From NCBI RefSeq assembly GCF_042180575.1, contig NZ_CP170094.1:1848604-1912603 (forward strand): a DNA stretch of 64,000 nucleotides, read 5' to 3'. Made by a program: the position numbers and the translations under genes. The notes beneath the pieces were generated by a model, which saw nothing but the letters and a program-made list of their open reading frames with translations, was not told where the DNA came from and did not search any database. The stretch comes from Bernardetia sp. OM2101 (GTDB lineage Bacteria; Bacteroidota; Bacteroidia; Cytophagales; Bernardetiaceae). Shown here in pieces: positions 50,078 to 59,705 of this stretch (position 1 is its first letter; every line of letters starts with the position of its first letter).

Positions 50078-51256
50078 TTATCTTACCCTAGAAAAAGCCT
50101 CAAAAACCCAGTTCAGAATTACCATCATTAGCGATTGAACAGGAACTCCAATCACAAAAGGAACAAAATAATTCATCATTCGCCAAGATTCTTCTACTTT
50201 ATAATAATGATTTCTACTCCACCAACAATACCAGTATTCAGAGCAACAGGTACGACACATTTCATCTGTTCCAAACAAAAACTCACTCAAAACAAGGGAA
50301 GGGATAACGACGATAAGTGTCGCAAAAATGACTTTATTATTAAAAACAAAAGGTAGATTTTTTCCTTTTTTCTTACGGTTTCGTGCTGTTCTTTTTTCGG
50401 TAAGTTTAGGAAAAAGTTTGCGTTTGAATCCCCACATCATAACTAAAGTAGTCAGAATAGGAACAGTCCAATACAAATGTCCGTAATGAATACGCTCTTT
50501 TACCAACCAACGAGTATGATTATCGATTTGAGCTGTGATAACTTTTGCATTAAACCAACTTATCAGAAAACCTATAAAAATGAATACAAAAGCAAAAAGA
50601 AAAGCATCAGTAAGCCAAGGTTTTTTGGCTTGAGGAATGATATAATTTTTATAAAATGCTTTTAATGAGTGTTTTATTGTCCAAAAAGTTTCATTAAATG
50701 CACCTGTAAATTTTGAAGAAGTCGAAAAAGAAGGCAAATTATCAATTTCTATATACTCTCTACCATTCTTTACTGGTTTGGTCTTGTAATAGGTATTTCG
50801 TTTTTGAGAAGTAACCCAAACATACTTTCCATAAAGTTGATTATCATAGGATTTTCCTTGTTCGACAGCTTCTAAAAACGCTCTTTTTCCTACATCAGCA
50901 CGCTTACATTCGATAATTACTTCATCGTTTGTGTGTTGATTATCTGAAAATATAACAATATCAACAAATCTATAACTAGAACCCATTTTTACTTTGCGTT
51001 CAAAAGCTATTCTACTAGGCGAGTATTTTTTTTCTGTTACAAGTTTTATGTATGCCCACGCCCTAACTTCTTCTTCAGGTTCCCAACGCAAGCGCATAGA
51101 TTGATGAGGATAAAAAACATAACGGTCTGTTCCTGTTCCATCGAAGCGAATAAGTCCTTCCAAAACTCCTTGTTTGAGTATTTCGGTCATTTTGTAAGGA
51201 TCTAAGGATTTTACAGTTTTTTTATTATTTCTTGTTGAGGTAGAGTTTGTAGCCAA
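50078..51256 (-). CDS. Membrane protein with an N-terminal PD-(D/E)xK nuclease-like (HsdR-N-like) domain and a C-terminal 4-TM Cys/Trp-rich domain
   Basis: A D...ExK pattern is at FVDIVIFSDNQHTNDEVIIECKR. The C-terminal TM helices include CRTCCSEYWYCWW. It sits 20 bp downstream of the response regulator on the same strand. Confidence 0.45.
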   Translation of the reverse strand: MATNSTSTRNNKKTVKSLDPYKMTEILKQGVLEGLIRFDGTGTDRYVFYPHQSMRLRWEPEEEVRAWAYIKLVTEKKYSPSRIAFERKVKMGSSYRFVDIVIFSDNQHTNDEVIIECKRADVGKRAFLEAVEQGKSYDNQLYGKYVWVTSQKRNTYYKTKPVKNGREYIEIDNLPSFSTSSKFTGAFNETFWTIKHSLKAFYKNYIIPQAKKPWLTDAFLFAFVFIFIGFLISWFNAKVITAQIDNHTRWLVKERIHYGHLYWTVPILTTLVMMWGFKRKLFPKLTEKRTARNRKKKGKNLPFVFNNKVIFATLIVVIPSLVLSEFLFGTDEMCRTCCSEYWYCWWSRNHYYKVEESWRMMNYFVPFVIGVPVQSLMMVILNWVFEAFSRVR

Positions 51257-51404
51257 TTTTTGAATAAATTAAATACGTAAGTTGGATAGAATGAAGCTAA
51301 AATACAGCTAGAATAAAAGTAATACTAAAAATGCGTTTTTTTTACTAAAAATCCTAACTTGATTTATCAAAATACTAACTTTTGCTATTTTTTTTGGCAA
51401 TATT

Positions 51405-52652
51405 TCAAAACTCTCTGTCTTTCCATTTTACCTTTTTTGTTTTCAAAAAATAAATTCCTACTAAGAAATATAAAAATGATTCTATCAAACAGAAAAGAAA
51501 AATTTGTATTATAGTTGTCGGTAGAGACACCGACAAAGGCAAGAGTTTTAATTTTATAAAAAATGAAATAATCAGTAAAAAATTAATTATTGAAATTATA
51601 AAAATTGATAGAATGAAGTAAAAATTTCCACTCAAAATTATTCCTAGTAGTATTCCTAACAAAAAGATAATTCTGAATAAATAAGCTATCAAAATTCCTT
51701 TTTTAAGAAAATTAGAAAACTGCCAAGCTCCACAAAACCAACGATGACGCTGTAAAATCCAATCTTTTAGAGTAGGTTCTGCTTCTGTGAAAGCTAAAGA
51801 TTGAGGATTGAAAAGATGAAGGAAGAATTGATTTTTGTTTATAAGTCGCTCGTGAGGACACGAGCAACGGTGTTTTTTTTGCTTTTCTAATTGTCTGACA
51901 CTTTGAAGTGTCTGACAATTTTGTTTTTCCTGCCGTTGTTGGTGTCCCCACCAACGCCCATTTATGTGATTTTGAAAGGCTTTAAAAAGAGCTACATCTT
52001 CAGTTACTGAAAACTCAATGTTTTCATATCCTCCTATTTCTTGATACGTCTTTTTATCAAAAATGAGATTATTTCCCATTGCAGTTTGTGGAAAATGGAG
52101 TTTTGAAAAAATGGCTAAAATTCCCTGTCCAAAGACCCAGTCTATTATTTGAAAAGTAGTAAGAAATTGTTGTTGGTGTCGCTTCGTTAAAACACCAACA
52201 ACGGCATTATTTAATTTGGGAATTGTCGTTCCCATTACCATTTTTATATATTCTTTTTGATAATATTTTTTTACTAATTCTTTGAGCCAATTTTGATTTA
52301 CTAAAATATCAGCATCTAATAAAATAATGGTTTCTCCTTCTGAATGATTGATTAATTGATGAATAACATTTACTTTGCCTTTCAGATTTATTTCTTTATT
52401 TGAATTTTCTATTTTAAAATACTTAAAATTTATTTTTTGATTTTCTTGAATGAATTTGTTTCTAAATTTCTTTATAATTCCTGCACTCTCATCTATTGAA
52501 TCATCATCTCCAATCAAGATTTCTAATTCAAAATTATTGTTATTTTTTTCTGTTTTGTAAAATTCATTTATAGCTAGTTGTAAATTATCTAAGCAAGATA
52601 AAATTATTCTTTCTTCATTTCTGACGGCTACTAGAATACTTATTTTTTTCAT
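51405..52652 (-). CDS. Family 2 glycosyltransferase carrying four in-frame palindromic repeat insertions
   Basis: The GT2 motifs are ILLDAD, MGNNLIFDKKTYQEIGGYENIEFSVTED and QRHRW. The peptides AVVGVLTKRHQQQ, NGRWWGHQQRQEKQNCQTLQSVRQLEKQKKHRCSCPHERL and LPLSVSLPTT are encoded by GC-rich hairpin repeats. Confidence 0.8.
   Translation of the reverse strand: MKKISILVAVRNEERIILSCLDNLQLAINEFYKTEKNNNNFELEILIGDDDSIDESAGIIKKFRNKFIQENQKINFKYFKIENSNKEINLKGKVNVIHQLINHSEGETIILLDADILVNQNWLKELVKKYYQKEYIKMVMGTTIPKLNNAVVGVLTKRHQQQFLTTFQIIDWVFGQGILAIFSKLHFPQTAMGNNLIFDKKTYQEIGGYENIEFSVTEDVALFKAFQNHINGRWWGHQQRQEKQNCQTLQSVRQLEKQKKHRCSCPHERLINKNQFFLHLFNPQSLAFTEAEPTLKDWILQRHRWFCGAWQFSNFLKKGILIAYLFRIIFLLGILLGIILSGNFYFILSIFIISIINFLLIISFFIKLKLLPLSVSLPTTIIQIFLFCLIESFLYFLVGIYFLKTKKVKWKDREF
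51514..51539. repeat. REP-like hairpin GTTGTCGGTAGAGACACCGACAAAGG inside the GT2 coding sequence
   Basis: It belongs to the GTyGGTG...CACCrAC family, and translation runs straight through it. Confidence 0.75.
51845..51958. repeat. Cluster of three hairpin repeats inside the GT2 coding sequence: GTCGCTCGTGAGGACACGAGCAACGG, then TTGTCTGACACTTTGAAGTGTCTGACAA, then CCGTTGTTGGTGTCCCCACCAACGCC
   Basis: Each matches intergenic copies elsewhere: 18774/19053, 52731-52802, and 19347-19429. Confidence 0.8.
52169..52205. repeat. Hairpin repeat GTTGTTGGTGTCGCTTCGTTAAAACACCAACAACGGC inside the GT2 coding sequence
   Basis: It belongs to the GTTGGTG...CACCAAC family and encodes AVVGVLTKRHQQ in frame. Confidence 0.75.
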
Positions 52653-52730
52653 TAGATATAGAACTCGGTATTATAATTTATGTATTTATCAGTCTATGCT
52701 TCTTTATTAGCTGATTTGCCAACTATCTTG

Positions 52731-52802
52731 TCAGTACACCTTCAAGGTGTCAGACAATTTAGTCCAACATAGCTGTCTGACACTCTGAAGTGTCTGACAG
52801 GG
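52731..52802. repeat. Two GTCAGACA/TGTCTGACA-type hairpin repeats downstream of the GT2 gene
   Basis: CAGTACACCTTCAAGGTGTCAGACAA and GCTGTCTGACACTCTGAAGTGTCTGACAGGG are the same family as the repeat at 51891-51918. Confidence 0.7.
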
Positions 52803-52875
52803 ACATAAAGCAAGAATAGAATACCGAGGTCATGTTAGATATAAATAAGGTTGCTCATGTCCCACAAACAATAAA

Positions 52876-53589
52876 TTACGAAAAAATAAATTCAGCTGAA
52901 TCATTAAAATTGGTTTCAAATTTTTCTTTATCAAAAGATTTTTCCTTTCCTTTTTCTAATCGCTCTATAAATCCTGCACGAGGAATCATATCAGCTCCAA
53001 ACCTAGCCAAATGCTCTGTGTAAACCTGACAATCAATCATTTGAAAATTATTAGCTAATAAGTTTTTTACCAAGACTACAAAACCAACCTTTGAAGCATT
53101 ATCTTCTAGCGCAAACATAGACTCCCCAAAAAAACATGTTCCTACAATCTCTCCATACAATCCTCCTACTAATTCATTTTCTCGCCAAACCTCTACCGAA
53201 TGAGCAAAACCTTCGTAATGAAGATTGATAAAAGCCTGTTGCATTTCAGAAGTAATCCAAGTTCCATGTTGGTTGGGTCGGTAAGCCATTTTACAGTTTT
53301 GCATCACTCTTTCGAAGGCTTGATTAAAAGTAACTCTAAACTGCTGTTTTCTTAAAATCGGTCTAAGACTCTTAGAAAATTTAAAATTTTGAGGTAAAAT
53401 AACAAAACGAGGGTCAGGCGACCACCATAAAACTGGACTATATTCAGAATACCACGGAAAAATTCCGTTATTATAGGCTTTTTTGATTCGTTCTTCTGAT
53501 AAATCTCCACCAACAGCCAAAAGTCCATCATCATCAGAATACTGAACAGGAGGAAAATCTAATGTATTTGGATTAAGACGATATGCCAT
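52876..53589 (-). CDS. aat: Leucyl/phenylalanyl-tRNA--protein transferase
   Basis: 237 aa with conserved Aat regions (GIFPWYSE...PVLWWSPDPR and HSVEVWRENELVGGLYGEIVGTCFFGESMF). Confidence 0.88.
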   Translation of the reverse strand: MAYRLNPNTLDFPPVQYSDDDGLLAVGGDLSEERIKKAYNNGIFPWYSEYSPVLWWSPDPRFVILPQNFKFSKSLRPILRKQQFRVTFNQAFERVMQNCKMAYRPNQHGTWITSEMQQAFINLHYEGFAHSVEVWRENELVGGLYGEIVGTCFFGESMFALEDNASKVGFVVLVKNLLANNFQMIDCQVYTEHLARFGADMIPRAGFIERLEKGKEKSFDKEKFETNFNDSAEFIFS

Positions 53590-53730
53590 GAAATAAAGTT
53601 AGAAATATGAAGTTAGAATTTAGAAGTAAAACCAAAGTTAGAAATTAGATTTTATAAAAAATAAAAAAAGTCTTACAAAAATAAATTTCTGTAAGACTTT
53701 TATGTAAAACTAATGATTAGTTATAATGAT

Positions 53731-55257
53731 TTATGGGAACAATACACCACGATAATCATTTACATTAATCAATGATAATTTTGCATTGTATTTTGCGTTG
53801 ATAGCTTTAATAAATTCATTTCCTGCAAGTGCATAACCACGTTGAGTAAGGTGAATTCCATCTAAACTAAATGCACCACCTGTTACAAAACTAGGGCTAT
53901 AACCAACACCTTGATAAGAAAAACCAGATATTACTTTGCTAAAGAAGTCATTAATATCTACATACGCATATTTTGAACCTGCTGCATCTTGGATAACACC
54001 ATTGTATGCATCAATAGCTGCATTTACTTTTGCTTGTTCACTTACATCTAATACCAGACTTTCAGGAAGAACTGGAAGAGCTTGAAATTCTGGACTAGCA
54101 GTATAAGCAAGAACTGTAAGAAGTATCAAATCATCTGGAGTAGCCGAACGCAAACCTGTTGGATTGGTAGCACTAGGAGTGCTTCTAATAATAAAAGGAT
54201 TTGCTCCTTCTGAAACAGTAGGGCGAAATTGAGATGGTATTGCTTCATAATTTGATTCTACTGCTGCATCTATTGCTCCTTGTACTCTAGCTGCAATATC
54301 GGCTTGTCCTTCTGCACTTGCTAGATAAGCATCTGCTGCTGCTGTTGCCTCTGCTTCACTAAGTCCTGCAGCTATACCCCCATCTATTCTTGCCTGTCTT
54401 AATCCAGCAGTCACTTGTGCTGTAATAGCAGGTCGATTAGCTTCTGCTTGTTGTCTTATTCCACCTTTAATGGTTGCTTCAATTCCTGCATTTACTTGTG
54501 CAGCAAGTGCTGCATCAATTACAAAAGCATTATAAGTAGCTGTTGTGAAATAAGGAGCAGCTAAGATATTAGGGATATTAGCGATTGCCCCACCACTAGC
54601 ACCATCCATCTCAGTCAAGATTTTGTCAAAGTCAGTTCTGAATTCTTCTACTGGAGTGATTGCATCGCCTCCTTGGTCACCACCCGAAGTCGCATAACCA
54701 AGTACGTCATTGTTTCCAATCCAAAGCGTAAAAAAAGTAGGGTTTTGAGCTGCTGCTTCTCCTGCTATTGTAGCTCCAGGGTTAGATGCAAAGCGAGCAT
54801 AGTATGGATTACCTTGTGCCGAACCATAACCAACTTGTGTTAAGTTTTTTACTCTAGCACCTGGTACACCCATATTTTGATAAGGACCTCCACTTGCAAC
54901 AGATGCAAACGCACTTGGGTCAGGAGCAACAGGCGAAGGAGAACCATTAACTAATTGTAGATAACCACTACCATTGCCTGCTGGCATAAGAGGAGTTGAG
55001 AAGTTTAGGCTTGAATTCACTTCTTTCATACTCTTAGCCATCATCTCAGGATAAGAATTGATTTGTGATTCACGATATACTCCCCCATCTGCATAACCTG
55101 CTGTGAGTGAGTTTCCTAAAGCTACATAAGTTGTAAAGTCTGCACTACCACTTACAGGTGTTTCGACTTCAATTTCTGGCTGACAAGCAAAAAGCCCCAT
55201 AGTAGCAAGCATAGCTACACCTGTCCAGCGTGAAAAAAATTTGTTGTATAATTTCAT
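53731..55257 (-). CDS. SGNH/GDSL hydrolase family lipoprotein
   Basis: It has a lipobox (MGLFACQ), GDSL block I (VALGNSLTAGY) and a C-terminal DGIHLT block. Confidence 0.7.
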   Translation of the reverse strand: MKLYNKFFSRWTGVAMLATMGLFACQPEIEVETPVSGSADFTTYVALGNSLTAGYADGGVYRESQINSYPEMMAKSMKEVNSSLNFSTPLMPAGNGSGYLQLVNGSPSPVAPDPSAFASVASGGPYQNMGVPGARVKNLTQVGYGSAQGNPYYARFASNPGATIAGEAAAQNPTFFTLWIGNNDVLGYATSGGDQGGDAITPVEEFRTDFDKILTEMDGASGGAIANIPNILAAPYFTTATYNAFVIDAALAAQVNAGIEATIKGGIRQQAEANRPAITAQVTAGLRQARIDGGIAAGLSEAEATAAADAYLASAEGQADIAARVQGAIDAAVESNYEAIPSQFRPTVSEGANPFIIRSTPSATNPTGLRSATPDDLILLTVLAYTASPEFQALPVLPESLVLDVSEQAKVNAAIDAYNGVIQDAAGSKYAYVDINDFFSKVISGFSYQGVGYSPSFVTGGAFSLDGIHLTQRGYALAGNEFIKAINAKYNAKLSLINVNDYRGVLFP

Positions 55258-55403
55258 AATGAATATATGCTAATTTTTGTATTTTTTTAAATAATATAAA
55301 TTAATGTACTGTAAAATTTAATGATTTTTGTAAATGCTATTTTTGGTTTAATTTTTAATCCTCAAATTAATCACTAACCATTAATAACTAATCACTATAA
55401 TTT

Positions 55404-56693
55404 TTATTCAGCAGCCTTTGAAGAACTACCAAATTTGTAAGAAAGTCCAAAACCAAATATATTTGCACCTGCTTCGAAAGTTCCATCAATTCCACCAGAG
55501 TTTGGTGCTGCTACATTCGAACGTTCTGCTTTATCTACTAATAAATAATGTACATCAATAGTAAATTTTTCGCCTACTGTATAACCTAATCCTAAAGTAT
55601 AACCCATTGTGTTTGCGTCTGGAGTTTCTGGAGTGATGTAACCATCTTCTACTGCTGTTTGGTCATAATAAATACCTCCACGTAATGCAAGTGATTCGGT
55701 AGCCATGTATTCAGCACCTAATTTGAATACAGAAGAATTTTTGTAATTACGCTCTGAAACTGTTTCTGTTGCTCCTAATACAGGTGCATTGTAGTCAAAT
55801 TTCAATTCTTCATAAGCAGACCATCCTGTCATGCTCCATTCTAATGCAAGTTGAAGTTTGTCTGTTGGCTTAATACCTGCTCCAATTGAAAGAACAGAAG
55901 GCAAAGGAAGAGTAGAATTAAATTTTGTAGCCTCAAAACGAGATTGAACTAAACTAGGAACAACAAAAGTTGCCTCTCCATCTTCTACGGTTAAATCTAT
56001 TTTAGAACGATAACTTATACCTAAAGAGAATTTTTCACTCGCTTCATAATAAGCTCCAACATTGAAACCTACTGCTGGATTTGCATTTCCTTCTAATAGT
56101 GCATAAGATTTAGTTCCATCTTGTGCTTCTAAAGGCGCACTACGACGAAGAGAAACAGAACCTGTTGCAATATCTAGTCCTGCACCAATTCCAAATTTTT
56201 CAGAAACTTGATAACTGACTGTTGGCTGTATTACAAAAGCTGCCAAACTAAGTTCATTTAAAGCAAAACGACCTTGCCATTCATCACCCCAAGTTACTGT
56301 AGAACCAAAAGGAGTAACAACACCTAAACCTACATTGAGTTTATCATTAACTTTGTAAATACCATACGCAAAAAATGGTGTAGAAGTTGGAGATGATGTT
56401 TCAGCTCTATACGTACTATTTGGTGCTGCATACTGCACACTAGAACTTACAAAGTTTGCTCCTAGCATAATAGAACTATTTTGTTCCATTGCCATTGCAC
56501 CAGGATTAAAGAATAAACTTGGTGCGCCAGAACGAAATCCGACTGCACAGTTACCCATTGCAGTTACTCGGCTACCTTGCAAGACAACTTGATAACCACT
56601 TGCCATCACATTAGAGCTTGAAAGAAGTAAACCTGCGCTTAACAATCCTGCTCCAATGATGCTTGTAGTTGCTTTTTTGAGAAATTTTTTCAT
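55404..56693 (-). CDS. Outer membrane transport protein of the OMPP1/FadL/TodX family
   Basis: 429 aa with a signal peptide and alternating beta-strand pattern. It ends in a C-terminal Phe (GLSYKF) and is FadL-like throughout. Confidence 0.8.
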   Translation of the reverse strand: MKKFLKKATTSIIGAGLLSAGLLLSSSNVMASGYQVVLQGSRVTAMGNCAVGFRSGAPSLFFNPGAMAMEQNSSIMLGANFVSSSVQYAAPNSTYRAETSSPTSTPFFAYGIYKVNDKLNVGLGVVTPFGSTVTWGDEWQGRFALNELSLAAFVIQPTVSYQVSEKFGIGAGLDIATGSVSLRRSAPLEAQDGTKSYALLEGNANPAVGFNVGAYYEASEKFSLGISYRSKIDLTVEDGEATFVVPSLVQSRFEATKFNSTLPLPSVLSIGAGIKPTDKLQLALEWSMTGWSAYEELKFDYNAPVLGATETVSERNYKNSSVFKLGAEYMATESLALRGGIYYDQTAVEDGYITPETPDANTMGYTLGLGYTVGEKFTIDVHYLLVDKAERSNVAAPNSGGIDGTFEAGANIFGFGLSYKFGSSSKAAE

Positions 56694-57039
56694 AAAACTT
56701 TCACTGTTTGTGTGTGTGAATAAATAATTAATTACGTATTAAAATTTTGAAGTATTCAATTAATAAAGCAAAAGAATAGTTTTTTCGGAAGTTTTCAAAA
56801 CTTAATTTAGTTCTTTTTTCTATTTTGATAAAAAACAAACTGTTTTTTTGAGAAAACTCTAAATTATCTTGCTTATTTTTACTGAAAAGGTATAAAAAAT
56901 TCGGCTAACATACTAATTTACGAAACAATTTTGCCTTTTATTTTATAATTCCTTTTATTTTTTGAAAATAATTTTAATTCAGAAGAAGAATAAAATATCC
57001 TTGATTTAAAATACCTGTTTCTCTAAATAATGTCTGTCC

Positions 57040-58425
57040 TTAACTTAACAAATTCTTAATAAAATTAGGAAGACAAAAAGCAGCTTGTTGTATTTCTTGA
57101 TTATAATAAAATAATTCATCATCAAAATCAGCATCAAAATTTTGATTGTTAGTTTTAAAATAATCTTGATTTTTAGCTGCACACGCAAAACCCCACATTC
57201 CAGTAGGCAACGAAGCCACCGAACTCAAATAAGGTAAAACAGTTTTATTGTTTGGATTGAATAAAAACACTTCTTTTAAAGAATTTATGATGCTCACAAA
57301 ACGCTCTTGATGCCAGCGAGGTGCATCACATTGAGTAGCCAAAATTCCATTTTCGTCTAATAAATTATAGAGTTTTTTGAAAAATGTTGTATCTAAAATA
57401 GGTTCTTGTGTGGTGTCGGCTGCATCTACGATTATTATATCAAATTTTTGTTTGTTGTGGGTAGTTGAGTAATTATTCAAAAATTGATTTGCCTCTAAAA
57501 AAATGAGTTCTAATTTTGGATTTTCTAAAGCACTTGTAAGACTTTCAAAATGAGCTTTGGCAGCTTCTGTAACTGTTTTGTCTTGCTCAATCATGATTGT
57601 TTTTTCTACCGAATCGTAACGCAAAACTTCTCGTGCTGTTCCTCCATCTCCTCCTCCAATAATCAATACTTTAATTCCTGTTTTTTTAGCGTTTAAATTA
57701 TTAGAATGAAAATCAGGATTATGATTATTGTAAAATGTAAAAGCAGGATGAACAAGCATTTCGTGATAAGCAGCTTCATCTTTTTCGGTAGCGACTACCA
57801 AACCATCCAAAACCAATGCCTTCCCAAAAGCAAACGTATCAAAAACTTCTACTTTCTGAAACTCGCTTTGTTTTCTAAATAATAAATCGCCTTTGTGTTT
57901 GAGTGATAAAGCTAAATTTTCATCTCGCTCTGTAAACCAAATCTCTTTACTTATTTGGTTTAATTTTTCTTGGTTTACTTCTTTATTTTCATTTTCTGAA
58001 ACAAAAGCAGGTTTTTCATTTAAAACTGGTCTATTTTGAGCAATATTTTCAGCTTTGTAATCATTTTTCTTTAAGAGTTCTAATTGTCCTCTTCGCATTT
58101 CAATCGTTGAGCCATGACTTGCCGAAAAAGCATCTTTCAAAACGTTGTAGCATTTCCAAGGGTCTGTACTTTCGCCACATGTAAACAAATCAATCGAAGC
58201 AAAACCCCACTCAGGCCACGTATGAATCGCTAAATGACTTTCTTGAATCACGACCACTCCCGAAACTCCGAATGGCGAAAAATGATGAAAAGTAAGATTA
58301 ATAATTGTTGCTCCTGCTTGTTGTGCAGCATTTTGCATGGCGTTTTGTACATACGTAACGTCGTCTAAAAGTGAGGGTTTGCAGTCGTAAAGTTCGACGA
58401 TGACGTGTCTTCCTAGTGCGTTCAA
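57040..58425 (-). CDS. Bifunctional S-adenosylmethionine decarboxylase proenzyme (class 1b, SpeD-like) fused to spermidine synthase (SpeE-like)
   Basis: The N-terminal domain has the self-cleavage Ser at VVIQESHLAIHTWPE. The C-terminal domain has the aminopropyltransferase signature VLIIGGGDGGTAREVLRY... Confidence 0.85.
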   Translation of the reverse strand: MNALGRHVIVELYDCKPSLLDDVTYVQNAMQNAAQQAGATIINLTFHHFSPFGVSGVVVIQESHLAIHTWPEWGFASIDLFTCGESTDPWKCYNVLKDAFSASHGSTIEMRRGQLELLKKNDYKAENIAQNRPVLNEKPAFVSENENKEVNQEKLNQISKEIWFTERDENLALSLKHKGDLLFRKQSEFQKVEVFDTFAFGKALVLDGLVVATEKDEAAYHEMLVHPAFTFYNNHNPDFHSNNLNAKKTGIKVLIIGGGDGGTAREVLRYDSVEKTIMIEQDKTVTEAAKAHFESLTSALENPKLELIFLEANQFLNNYSTTHNKQKFDIIIVDAADTTQEPILDTTFFKKLYNLLDENGILATQCDAPRWHQERFVSIINSLKEVFLFNPNNKTVLPYLSSVASLPTGMWGFACAAKNQDYFKTNNQNFDADFDDELFYYNQEIQQAAFCLPNFIKNLLS

Positions 58426-58513
58426 AAGTTTTTTTTTAGGTGTTTTTTTTGGTAAAGATAAGGAAGAAATACATTTTAAATACAGAGAATGAAAATGAAT
58501 TTTCGTTTTGATT

Positions 58514-59272
58514 TTAGTATTCTTTCATTATTTTCTTGACATCTAAAATAGTAACAGGAGGATAATATGGCGAACAACCATAACGATAATTTATCTTGTA
58601 AGTTGATTTTTCTACCAAGTCAATTACAGATTTAGAAATCTGGTGTTTTTCTTCATCGTATAATAAATATCCATTGAGTTGCTGATATGGATTTAGACTT
58701 GTCATTAGTTTCAATACTTCTTCACTATTTACTCCTTTTTCCTTTAAATCTAAATATATTTTTCCATATTCAGTTGGTGTTCCTGCTGCTCCAACAGCTA
58801 TTCCAAAATCCCCTCTTATATCAAATATACTCTTTGGAAGCGTAGAAATATCTAAATTGGTTTGATACATTTTCTTAAAATAATTTTTACATCCTTCAAA
58901 ATGATTGTCTGAAATAACTGTATCAACAGTATTAGGTGTAATTTTGAAATGTTCAGAAATTATTTCTACAAAACAAATTGTATCTCTAAAAGCAATTATA
59001 TTTACAAATTTCGAATCTTGATAATCATATCGTACTTCTATGAGTGAATCTTTGAAAGTTGTTTCTCTCCAACTTTGCTTGTTTTTATATTCTTCAACTG
59101 CTTTTCCTAGTGTTGCAAGATGAGTTGCAACCATTTTTTCTATTTTTTGCTTTGTATAATTAGAGTCTTCTTGCTCCGTAAAATCCTCTGTATGATTATA
59201 AGCTATCTTTTTTGAACAAGAAGCTAATAGAAAAATAATGTTGATGTATAAAAATATCTTTTGCATTTTCAA
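58514..59272 (-). CDS. Hypothetical lipoprotein
   Basis: 252 aa with the lipobox FLLASCSKK. Confidence 0.5.
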   Translation of the reverse strand: MKMQKIFLYINIIFLLASCSKKIAYNHTEDFTEQEDSNYTKQKIEKMVATHLATLGKAVEEYKNKQSWRETTFKDSLIEVRYDYQDSKFVNIIAFRDTICFVEIISEHFKITPNTVDTVISDNHFEGCKNYFKKMYQTNLDISTLPKSIFDIRGDFGIAVGAAGTPTEYGKIYLDLKEKGVNSEEVLKLMTSLNPYQQLNGYLLYDEEKHQISKSVIDLVEKSTYKINYRYGCSPYYPPVTILDVKKIMKEY

Positions 59273-59371
59273 TCTGTTTTTTTGTTTCTACTCCCTGTCA
59301 ATTTATCTTCCAAAATAAAAAAGAATTGCCATTTACAGCAATTCTTCTTCATTTTATGATTGAATATTTTC

Positions 59372-59653
59372 TTATTTCACTACTTCTACACCTTTCCAAA
59401 AAGCCATTTTTCCACCAATTTCTTTAGCTGCATCTTTTGGAGTTGGATAATACCAAACGGCATTTTTGTTTTCTTCTCCATTTACATCTAAGGAATAATA
59501 CGAAGCTGTTCCCTTCCAAGGACACATACTTTTGTGGTCGCTTTCCTTTAAAAATTCTTTTTTGACAGAATCAGCAGGGAAATAATGATTTCCTTCTATT
59601 TGTACTGTTGTGTCGCTTTCTGCAATTACTTGACCGTTCCAAATTGCTTTCAT
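59372..59653 (-). CDS. DUF427 domain protein
   Basis: 93 aa containing MKAIWNGQVIAESDTTVQIEGNHYFP...CPWKGTASYYSL, typical of DUF427. Confidence 0.65.
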   Translation of the reverse strand: MKAIWNGQVIAESDTTVQIEGNHYFPADSVKKEFLKESDHKSMCPWKGTASYYSLDVNGEENKNAVWYYPTPKDAAKEIGGKMAFWKGVEVVK

Positions 59654-59705
59654 AGTTTGTATTTTTGAGTGAGAGATTTTTAAACTGACAGTTATAGAAA
59701 AAGTT

